64,000 bases of DNA. Origin: Andalucia godoyi And28. Its lineage: Eukaryota; Protista; Jakobida. Position 1 is the first letter of the stretch. Each line of letters opens with the position of its first letter. The position numbers were made by a program, and so were the translations under genes. The notes beneath the pieces were generated by a model that was not told where the DNA came from, ran no database searches, and saw nothing but the letters and a program-made list of their open reading frames with translations. The stretch spans positions 124,001-188,000 of the forward strand of contig VRVR01000050.1 of the NCBI GenBank assembly GCA_009859145.1, read 5' to 3'. Below, in pieces: positions 44,158-52,747 of this stretch.

Positions 44158-45231
44158 ATGGATCCGAGCTTACTGCACAAGCTAAATGTCTCACCGTGGT
44201 TCGTTATCGGGGTTCCGGCCCTCGGCAAGATTGTAATTGACCATGCGAAATATGCGGTGGCAATCCAAGTCACGGACACAAGAGATGTTTACCGAGGTGT
44301 GTTTTCCTATGCATTTCTGGAAGAAGAATGGGTTCGGTCCCAGTCCGTTGCCCTGATTTCTGGCCCTGATATCGCTTCTAGGCTCCGCAAAAGCTTCGCG
44401 CAGACGCATGAGACGCTGAAGGATCTCCCAAGTGCCCCGAGGTCGCTGTTCGACACCCAAAACCCACCAAATCCTGCTGCGATTGTCAGCTTGGAGAACT
44501 CTGTCATTCCGACGTTTTACAACGATGGTGATCGCGACGGCGGGTTGAAGCAATGCGATCTGCAACTCATTTTAAAGCTGTTCATGAATGAGGGTTCACC
44601 AATTCCTGTTTACATGAAGAGCACTCTGTATGCGGTGTCCCAGGAGGAAAGCTTAGCCGTGTTGTGGTCAAGCCTGTGTCTGCCGTTTGCAATCAAAGCA
44701 GACAATGCTGTTTACACTGAACTCGCAGGCAAGATCCCGGTGTTTGTTCACAAAGATTCGAGAGCGTCCGAAAGTTCGCATCATGGCGCCGCGCTCAGTA
44801 GGGAGCTGTCGTCCTCCAACAACAACACGTTTGAACAGTTGCATCAACATCATCATTATTACGATGAGCCTGCTGTTGATTCTGCGTACAAGACAGGCGA
44901 AGACGAGGTTGATCGAATGGTCCGATTTGAGCGTGCAGACAAGGCTGCACGACAGCGACAAACACAAACGCTACGATACATTGGAGACGATGACGGCGCT
45001 GGAGATGACGGCGTTGTTTCCTTGTCGCAGAATCCCAGAAGAATTGGCGGTCCTTTCCTCCCCCACTCCGCGTCCGACAATGCAATTTCAGATGAATCGT
45101 CCTTCTTGCAGTCGTCTTCGCGGAATGAGCAGCCGGCTCCGGCGGCACACCAAAGTGTTTCACATGGCGATTCACCAACATCAGAAAACGAAGGCGGACC
45201 ACCAAAAAAGAAGCGGAAAGTCAGGTTGTGA
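44158..45231 (+). CDS. XLF/Cernunnos (NHEJ1)-like protein, XRCC4/XLF/SAS-6 head family
   Basis: N-terminus LLHKLNVSPWFVIGVPALGKIV...IQVTDTRDVY parallels XLF LLMQPWAWL..LLAK...LVSDLQQVW; disordered tail ending in basic PKKKRKVRL (NLS / Ku-binding-like). Confidence 0.55.
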   Translation: MDPSLLHKLNVSPWFVIGVPALGKIVIDHAKYAVAIQVTDTRDVYRGVFSYAFLEEEWVRSQSVALISGPDIASRLRKSFAQTHETLKDLPSAPRSLFDTQNPPNPAAIVSLENSVIPTFYNDGDRDGGLKQCDLQLILKLFMNEGSPIPVYMKSTLYAVSQEESLAVLWSSLCLPFAIKADNAVYTELAGKIPVFVHKDSRASESSHHGAALSRELSSSNNNTFEQLHQHHHYYDEPAVDSAYKTGEDEVDRMVRFERADKAARQRQTQTLRYIGDDDGAGDDGVVSLSQNPRRIGGPFLPHSASDNAISDESSFLQSSSRNEQPAPAAHQSVSHGDSPTSENEGGPPKKKRKVRL

Positions 45232-45275
45232 CAAAGCGTATGTTCTTGTCGCCAGAGGGAGTACTACGATATTAC

Positions 45276-45560
45276 CGCCTACATTGTACACTGAGTATGC
45301 ATAACCGTCGCTAGTCATGCGTACTCAATGTTGCAGCCTGGGTCATATCGCCATGGACGGGAAGGGGTGTAGGCCCCAACACGCCTTGCGGGCGTTCTTA
45401 AGATAAATGTTGTTGCGCGCACCCGTTCCAATCGCGATCAATCCGGCGTGCCCACGCTGGACATGCAGACACCTTGTTTCCTCCGAGCTTTTGCATGGAT
45501 TGCCCCGCACGACGCGAGACTGTGGAATGGACGCGCCCCTGTGGCAGCCCAGCATCTGAA
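45276..45560 (-). mobile_element. Fanzor2/TnpB C-terminal relic with omegaRNA-like end, copy C
   Basis: Across frameshifts: SCGAIHAK-LGGNKVSACPA-RIDRDWNG-ARN(N)IYLKN (Zn finger + RuvC-III); ends CAGTGTACAATGTAGGCG at 45276. Confidence 0.85.
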
Positions 45561-45697
45561 CAATTTTGGGGGCATTCCGCCTAACCAGCCTCGAGCCCTG
45601 GGTTGTTAAGCGAACAACTCCGGATTCTCATCTTCGTTCGCTTGCTATTGTTCACGTACGTTCATGCATGCTGCTTTGTTGTCGCCTTTGTGAGAAG

Positions 45698-46000
45698 CGC
45701 CTATATTGTACAGTAACCACGGATAATCATCGCTGATCACCCATAATCAGTGTTTCCATACAACTTGCGATGGATTTCCCCCGCAACGGCCGCACGCTTT
45801 AGATGTGTACTCCTCCGTCACAAGTCACAATCGACACCTGCCGCCCCCGCGATTTCGCACAATTTTTGCGGAACAGCCGCTGCTGGAATTGATGATGGCT
45901 CCATGTCAACATCTGTCACGTCGTTGTCGCCTTGGCGATCTTTCCTGGCGGCGGCCCAGCGCCGGAAGGTGGCGGTGGAGATTGTCATGGGTCTTGCGCA
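45698..46000 (-). mobile_element. Fanzor2/TnpB relic with RuvC-II region, copy F
   Basis: KIAKATT*QMLTWSHHQFQQRLF...VTEEYTSKACGRCG-EIHRKL; ends CTGTACAATATAGGCG at 45698. Upstream boundary is approximate. Confidence 0.85.
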
Positions 46001-46698
46001 GCGTTGCGGGCGTGACGTACATGGTGCGTTGCATGAACAATAAAAACAAAGAAATGAAATGAGCGTTGCTGTGCGAGAATGCAACGCGGCGGTGTGTTTA
46101 TAAAGGGATTTCATGATCAAAATGGGGCGAAACGAATGAGGGCATTGTGTGACGGAGTTGCCAAGATAATAAACGCATGCGCATGGTTCGTGGCAGTGGT
46201 TTTGTTTGCATGCGCTTTAGATTGCTTCATCATATCGCAATAAGTGGCAGCGGTACAATTAATATTTATTTATTTAATAATCAAAGAAAGAATGAAGACA
46301 TTATTACTGTTCTGTGATTAGCGGTCCCTTGGAACATCTGTAGAGGCCCTTAAGTCAGATGAACGCTTGCATCCGTAGGCCGTACACGGTGCAACGAGCC
46401 AACCAAGCCAGCGCGCCAGCAGGAGCCAACTCAGCATCTGAATCCGAACTCTGTACTTCCCTGCTGTAGATGTCACCTGCTGTAGTCGCTGCGCTCGTCG
46501 TTGATGCCCCTCTTTTTATTCCAATGAATCGTTGGGAACACTTTTGCATATTTATTTGTTTATTCTTATTATTATTATTATTATTATTATTATTTGAAAG
46601 TGTTTTTTTAAAAAAAAATTATGCTTCTTCATTTTCATTTTTGAATTTACATAGTTTGTTTGTTCAAGGTACGCAGCCCAGCTGGTTTTCGCACGTCC

Positions 46699-49600
46699 AT
46701 GGTTTTGTACAAGTTCAGGCTTGAGAACAGCGAGGCGCGCCCGGCTTTGATTCGGGTCTCGGATTTGTCGAGCGGTCTAGTTTCGACGTTTGACGAGCTT
46801 CGCAGCCGACTGAACATAGATCCGGCGTATGCCTTTTCTGTTTGGGAAGAAATAGACAACAAGGCCACTCGAAAGCTGGATGTGAACGCTCCTATTTCAG
46901 ACCTGAATTTGAAGGCTGTAGCGGTCCTGACTGTTCGAATCGAGTCCTCTACCGCGAATGCAACCGACGCGCCAGCGACGCAGCTCACCACCGATGGTGC
47001 ATCCAAGCCTTCCACACTGACTGCCGAGGCAGATTCTGCAAAGCCCTCCTCGTCCTCGTCATCGTCGTCGTCTTCTAATTCGAATGCACCTGGAACAAGT
47101 GCTTCTGCTCCGACAGCCGGCACTGTGGGGTCGCCGTTGAAAAATGATGCAAAACCTGCAAGCTCTGCGAGATCAAGGTCCGAGAGCTCACCAGCGATCC
47201 CAGCAAGCGGAGGAAGAGTATCGCCGGCGTCTGGCTCCAGCAGCCATGCCAATAGCGGGAGTAGTGTTAGCGGGGGTCATGGTACAAATAGCAGCAACAG
47301 CAGCACTCGAGCTGCCAACACACCTTCTCCCTCTGCACAGCAGCCATTGCCGTCTACTACTTCCTCGGCGGGGTCCTCGCATAATCAGAGCCACCGGCAG
47401 CTCACACAGACTCCGGAGCCACACAGTTCGGTGTCCTCGGGAACGGAGTCTCCTACAGTGCAAGCCCAGTCCCATCCTGGAGGTCCTACTCTGACACGAA
47501 TGCCATTGGTACCAACTTTGGTGCAGTCGGATTCTCGAGCATCAATGGGATCTTCTGGAGGAAGCTTCTCGGATGCCTCATCGGCTCGGAACCCGTCGCC
47601 TGCAGTTGGTCCGGACGATCTTCACTACGACTCGAGCACAAATCCTCGCAACTCGTTTATTTCTCAAACAAGCGCCGGCGATGACTTCACCAACGAAACG
47701 AATGATCTGGACGACGAGTTCTCGGATACGAGTTCCTTGAATGCGCCAACTCCCCGTTCGTCGCTTGTGTCTTCTGCATCTCCGGCTTCCAATGCCTCTG
47801 GGTCGTCGATTCCGACTCGATCCTCCAGGTCGGGCACTAGGGGAAGAACCGGAACGATTTCCGGAAAGGGGGCGTTTGATTCAAGGAAGACCGTGGCGTC
47901 CAGTCGTGGCACTGTGGTGAGTGTCATGAGCGGTGCCCTGGAACGCAAGATCTCTGCAGAAGCCGATTCTTGTACCTTTTCTCGAGGTGAATTGGAAGAC
48001 GCAATTGAGGACTATTTGCGCTCTCTTTCCGTTGGAACGGTTCGAGTGCTCGTTGCAGTCAAGTGCTCGATGCTGATTGACAACTCTGGACAGTATTGCA
48101 GCATGGATAAGAAGAAGAAGAAGGAGAAGGAGAAAGAAAAGGCCCAATCACCGGCCGAGACCAAAGCTGCGTCTGAAAAGGCTTTAGCGGCATATTTGAA
48201 GGAGGAAGCCGAATCGATGTCAACAAAGCGAGAGGATCGCGTCCTTGCATTTGTTCGCGATTTCTGTGGTGCATACGCAATCATTGTGTTTTCCTCTGCA
48301 GCAACGTCTACTCCCCCGTCTTTTGATGTTGTGTTTGCACTTCCGTTGTTATCTTCGTTTTATGTGGGTATCGCCACCGGCGGAAAAGAGAGCAAGGATA
48401 AGGATCGCGCGTCATTCGTTGTCGACGACGAAACCCTGAATCTAGAGCTGCAGAATCGATCTCGTCTGTATGTTGAAAAAGCTCTCAAGATTTCTTACAA
48501 TTCCATGTATCCTTCGGATGCTGTCCCGGAAAATGTTTTCCGAATGCGACTTGCTTCTGCGGATCTTGCAGCAGCTATTGGATCCTATCACGGTATTACT
48601 GGAATTCCACCTCAAGCATTACAAGGTGGCCTGACAAAGAAAGACGTTCTCTCCCGCGTTTTCGAATGGGCGAAGTCTCGGAATCCGTCTCCAACGAAGC
48701 CGCAGTCTGCTTCCCGCGGCCCGCAGGTTGGTACAATGCCAGATCGGATTTTCCGACGAGTATGCAGCAGCCTGCCGGTTGCTCGAGACTTTTCTTTGGT
48801 GCGAATCACGAAAATTTTGAAGGAAACGGATTCCAAGCCGGTCATTGACAGATGTCTGCAGCTTCTGGAAATCTCGGTTCGATCTCCGTGCCCAAGTTAT
48901 CCTGAAGTGTACAATGGCCTTATCGAAGCGCTTTCAAAGTTCGATACTCCTGCGTATCCGATTGTGAAGACATTGATGGAGGATTTTGCGTTCCTCGATA
49001 CCGTCTTGATCGAGTATCGTTCACGCACGGACCTTCCAACAAGAGACTTTCCCATGTCGGAGTTTCCTTCTGTCAATTCAGCATCCTCAAAACGAAAATC
49101 CTTGTCTGCTTCTGATCCGAAGGGCAAGGATAAACTCAAGTTGCGGGCTGCGCTGACGGGGAAAATCTGCGTGATGCCCATCCTGCATGGAGTCGTTCCG
49201 TCTTCTTTCCAGGATTTAGAAAGCGGTGATGCTTTGGACGACGATTCGCAGGATTTTGAATGGATCTTCACGGATGGCTCTGGTGGGTTACCCTTTGAAG
49301 TGCTGAACCAGAAACGCCAAGATGTTGAGAAGGCATTGGAAGAAATAGTCAACTACGGATCGTATTGGGAAGTGTTTTGCCAACTTCCAGGTGCGGCGTC
49401 GAATGTGACTCTCGCCATCCGCGCTGCATGGGACAACATCAAGAAATCAATCGGAGTGCGGCCTGCGAAGGATTCCACGGTTGTCTTCGACAGGTTATTT
49501 CACCTTTCTTCTATGAATTGCTTCCTTGTGCTCATTGTGGTGAGACTGACGTTTCCTCGCGCATATCTTCCTGTCTTGCGCAATCCGAACAGTGTTGATG

Positions 49601-52545
49601 CGGTGCCAAACATTCCGTTATACATATCCTCTGGCAAATGGGTGCCTCTTACTGAAGGCGAGCACAAGGTTTATGAGAAGGTGCTGGATTTGTCCGAGAA
49701 CGATGTTTTGGAATCCATTCCTCTTTCGCAGCGGTTTGTCAGTTCGGCCATTGGGTTCTTCTCGTCCCTCAACGACCTGCTTCCTCCAGGACTGTATTTA
49801 TGTGCCATTGTCACCAAGATGTCAGACCTTGGCGAGCAATTGATCCTTGTTCGCGAGGATAACCGGACGATTCCACCTGTACTGAACGTTTCTGATCCCA
49901 TAGCTGTTCCTGTTTCTGCTGACGAGTTTGTTGAAAGCAACATCGGGCTTCTCAAGCAGCTTCAGGAGCAAATCGGCGTTCGCAGTCTTGGCAAGATTTC
50001 CGACGCATTTTTTGTGGACGAATTGAATACTATTGCTATGTACGTTGGTGTGCAAATGGTCAAGGAAGCCTTTTCCGCCCCACCCGGGTTCGTGTTCGTT
50101 CCACTCGCACATGTTGAATCGCTGTCCCTGTGTGCATTCTACCGACGAACCTATGATGCGTGGCTGTCTGCATATGCAAATGCCAAGCGTGCATTATTTG
50201 ATGCGGGTCCGACTCCGGATGCAGTGGATCTGATCATGCAGCAGAAAGTGACGGACGGCTCTTCGCTGGGGAAGTTGGTCGACTTGGAAAAGAAGCTTTA
50301 CATATTAAGATGGATGCATCATATGATTTTCCGGCATTTCCGTGCGAATGCGGTTTCCCATCAGAAGGAATTACTGGAGGCTCGAGAGGCCATGCTCGAG
50401 GACATCAAGTCGGACAAACTCTCATGGGATGCGATATCAAAGAAGATTGACAGCTGGGAGAAGAAGCATGATTCCATGACGAAGACAATGACAGGAAAAC
50501 AGCCGTTTTCTGGTACCGATATTGAGCGTGAAATTGCTATTCGTCAGGAGCAGCAGGAGCAGTTTGCGCGCGATGAGCTCGATGCGGAAGAAAGGGAACG
50601 CCAGCAAGTGGATTCCGTTCCTATCGTGCAGTCGTCCTCCATTTCTCTCAACGATTTCGGGCGTCGAGACAAGGCATACATTCCTACTCTCGCTGATGAC
50701 TGCGAAACGACGGTTCTCGAGATTGTGGAAGCTGCGTTGGTAATTGTCATTGATGAGAAGGAGCTGATTAGTATCGAAAACTTGATCGATGACATGGTGT
50801 TTGAAGTTGAAAAGTCCTCTGCTATGAGTGCATCAGAATCCATTCTAAGCGCGTTGAACAGAACATCTCGCCCTGTCAGTCAAACCGCAGAAGAAAAACA
50901 GCGCTTGATTTCGGAGTTGTCCAGGTGTCCCCATGCAAGTTTCGCGAGCAATCCGCGTATCGTTTCGGAGTCTCGTTTGCTCTGTTCTTACAGGCCACAC
51001 ATTTCCAAATCGATCGATGAATTCGGGGGCTTGCTGGAGTATGCTGAGAAACTGTCGTCCTGGATCGATCGCACCTCTTCGCTGACAGGTGTCATTCATG
51101 ATGTTCAGGAATTGGAGAGAATGATGGCACGCTACAAGAAGCGCTCCACAACAGCGGTGATCCAGTCAAGCCGTGATCCCAACCCGATCAATGCACAGGC
51201 GGCCGCCAAATCGTTGACAAAGATGGTGGCAAGAGCCGTTTCCGCCCGACGATTCCGCGAGAGTTCTGACCGCATGAAGGATGTCGAGGCTGTCCGTCGC
51301 TATCAGTCTGCGATCCGACCATCTCATTCTTCTGCCAGTGCATTGCAGTTGCAGACGCAGACGCAGACGCAGACGCAAGCATCGACTGCTGGACTGAACC
51401 CTCGTTCTCCGGGTCCGCGAATGAATCCAAGTGTCCGCAGGGCCATTGCAACTCTGCAAGCGCGGCAGGCGTTGTACAACAATACTTCCAGCTCGAGTTC
51501 TTCTCGGGCCTCTTCTGGTACTGTCAGTCGGGCTTCCCCAGTTCAGTCTCCTCGTTCCTCTCGACAGGCTATTGATGGCGCGTCCGATCACACTCTGTAC
51601 GATACGGCCAGTTCAGCACGTTCTCCCAACGTCTCAGTTGCATCCCCGCGAGATCGAAACTCTCCAGCCACGAGCTCCAGTGCGCAGAGTCCTCAGATGA
51701 GTCTTCCTTCATCGTTTTTGGAACTGGTCTCGGATGAGGTTCCTGCAGGCGCGCCTCTCAAGCAACGGTTTTTCGTGCCGATTTCCTCGGCAGTTGAACG
51801 ATCGGATACGCTTCGCAGAATTCCCCAGCGTGCTGTTCGGACCGCATTCTCAAAGCCGATTTCCATCTCTGCTCCTTTAGATGCCGTCAGTGTCATTGCG
51901 CAGTACCTTACGCATGGACATGTAGTATTCTCCGACACGGAATGGGCTGCCGCATTGACGCCTCGCTCACTGTACAGTCTTGTTGAGTGTGCATCCGAGC
52001 TGGGTCTTCCCCACCTGTATCTTGCCTGTCTGGGACACATGTTCGGTGACCAGGACTCGCAACTTTTAGAAGCACTTGCTTCCTCATTTTTGGTGACACA
52101 TTCGATTGCGGATCTTGCACAGTGGGATATTGACATGGCGCACTCACCATATAACCGATATGTGGACGCGCTGTGGTTTGTTCGCTTTTTGGAAGAGTTT
52201 TCTCCATTGTTTGCTGCAGAGGACTTGGAGTCCCTTCCGATTCGAGATTTCCAGGACGGAGCTGGGATGTGGAAGCGAATTTATGCGGAAACGCGCATCA
52301 GCGTGCTTGCGCGTGCAGGAGGGAAGTCCGTGATTTCGGATCCAGACGAGCTTTCGTTATGGATGTTGTTTTCCGATGTTGTCAGTTGTTTATTCCTCGC
52401 GAGGTCCGTCTACGTCGACGATGAAGTTGTTGGGTCAGTTGTCGACTGCTGTCCTCACCTTGACAAGATCGATGTGCGCCAGACGGCTCTCACAACGAGA
52501 GGCCTCGATTCGCTTCTCCAGCGTGTCCCCCGTGTCGTCATTTGA
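46699..52545 (+). CDS. Large (~1950 aa) multidomain protein: small N-terminal globular domain, Ser-rich linker, central helical region, C-terminal BTB-like and LRR-like segments
   Basis: Uninterrupted ORF with ATG at 46699. LYSLVECASELGLPHLYLAC resembles a BTB C-terminal helix; VVDCCPHLDKIDVRQTALTTRG resembles an F-box-protein LRR. Confidence 0.8.
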   Translation: MVLYKFRLENSEARPALIRVSDLSSGLVSTFDELRSRLNIDPAYAFSVWEEIDNKATRKLDVNAPISDLNLKAVAVLTVRIESSTANATDAPATQLTTDGASKPSTLTAEADSAKPSSSSSSSSSSNSNAPGTSASAPTAGTVGSPLKNDAKPASSARSRSESSPAIPASGGRVSPASGSSSHANSGSSVSGGHGTNSSNSSTRAANTPSPSAQQPLPSTTSSAGSSHNQSHRQLTQTPEPHSSVSSGTESPTVQAQSHPGGPTLTRMPLVPTLVQSDSRASMGSSGGSFSDASSARNPSPAVGPDDLHYDSSTNPRNSFISQTSAGDDFTNETNDLDDEFSDTSSLNAPTPRSSLVSSASPASNASGSSIPTRSSRSGTRGRTGTISGKGAFDSRKTVASSRGTVVSVMSGALERKISAEADSCTFSRGELEDAIEDYLRSLSVGTVRVLVAVKCSMLIDNSGQYCSMDKKKKKEKEKEKAQSPAETKAASEKALAAYLKEEAESMSTKREDRVLAFVRDFCGAYAIIVFSSAATSTPPSFDVVFALPLLSSFYVGIATGGKESKDKDRASFVVDDETLNLELQNRSRLYVEKALKISYNSMYPSDAVPENVFRMRLASADLAAAIGSYHGITGIPPQALQGGLTKKDVLSRVFEWAKSRNPSPTKPQSASRGPQVGTMPDRIFRRVCSSLPVARDFSLVRITKILKETDSKPVIDRCLQLLEISVRSPCPSYPEVYNGLIEALSKFDTPAYPIVKTLMEDFAFLDTVLIEYRSRTDLPTRDFPMSEFPSVNSASSKRKSLSASDPKGKDKLKLRAALTGKICVMPILHGVVPSSFQDLESGDALDDDSQDFEWIFTDGSGGLPFEVLNQKRQDVEKALEEIVNYGSYWEVFCQLPGAASNVTLAIRAAWDNIKKSIGVRPAKDSTVVFDRLFHLSSMNCFLVLIVVRLTFPRAYLPVLRNPNSVDAVPNIPLYISSGKWVPLTEGEHKVYEKVLDLSENDVLESIPLSQRFVSSAIGFFSSLNDLLPPGLYLCAIVTKMSDLGEQLILVREDNRTIPPVLNVSDPIAVPVSADEFVESNIGLLKQLQEQIGVRSLGKISDAFFVDELNTIAMYVGVQMVKEAFSAPPGFVFVPLAHVESLSLCAFYRRTYDAWLSAYANAKRALFDAGPTPDAVDLIMQQKVTDGSSLGKLVDLEKKLYILRWMHHMIFRHFRANAVSHQKELLEAREAMLEDIKSDKLSWDAISKKIDSWEKKHDSMTKTMTGKQPFSGTDIEREIAIRQEQQEQFARDELDAEERERQQVDSVPIVQSSSISLNDFGRRDKAYIPTLADDCETTVLEIVEAALVIVIDEKELISIENLIDDMVFEVEKSSAMSASESILSALNRTSRPVSQTAEEKQRLISELSRCPHASFASNPRIVSESRLLCSYRPHISKSIDEFGGLLEYAEKLSSWIDRTSSLTGVIHDVQELERMMARYKKRSTTAVIQSSRDPNPINAQAAAKSLTKMVARAVSARRFRESSDRMKDVEAVRRYQSAIRPSHSSASALQLQTQTQTQTQASTAGLNPRSPGPRMNPSVRRAIATLQARQALYNNTSSSSSSRASSGTVSRASPVQSPRSSRQAIDGASDHTLYDTASSARSPNVSVASPRDRNSPATSSSAQSPQMSLPSSFLELVSDEVPAGAPLKQRFFVPISSAVERSDTLRRIPQRAVRTAFSKPISISAPLDAVSVIAQYLTHGHVVFSDTEWAAALTPRSLYSLVECASELGLPHLYLACLGHMFGDQDSQLLEALASSFLVTHSIADLAQWDIDMAHSPYNRYVDALWFVRFLEEFSPLFAAEDLESLPIRDFQDGAGMWKRIYAETRISVLARAGGKSVISDPDELSLWMLFSDVVSCLFLARSVYVDDEVVGSVVDCCPHLDKIDVRQTALTTRGLDSLLQRVPRVVI

Positions 52546-52747
52546 AAACGACGAGCACACGCACACACAAACTTGTTCTTTGGCGGACCAAGTTTGACGA
52601 TGCGGAAATCCAACGGTGTCAAAGGGGGTTTTCTTGTGCAAACAGCTGCAGAACGCTGATACACACGCACCTGCTTCTGGACAAAGGGGTTTTTTAAAAA
52701 ATAATAATAATAAAAAATAATAAAAAAATAACAATAATAACATCATT

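Noticed and set aside
45199-45231. SV40 NLS as a sign of vector contamination
   Set aside because: It is embedded in a continuous native ORF with no other vector sequence nearby.
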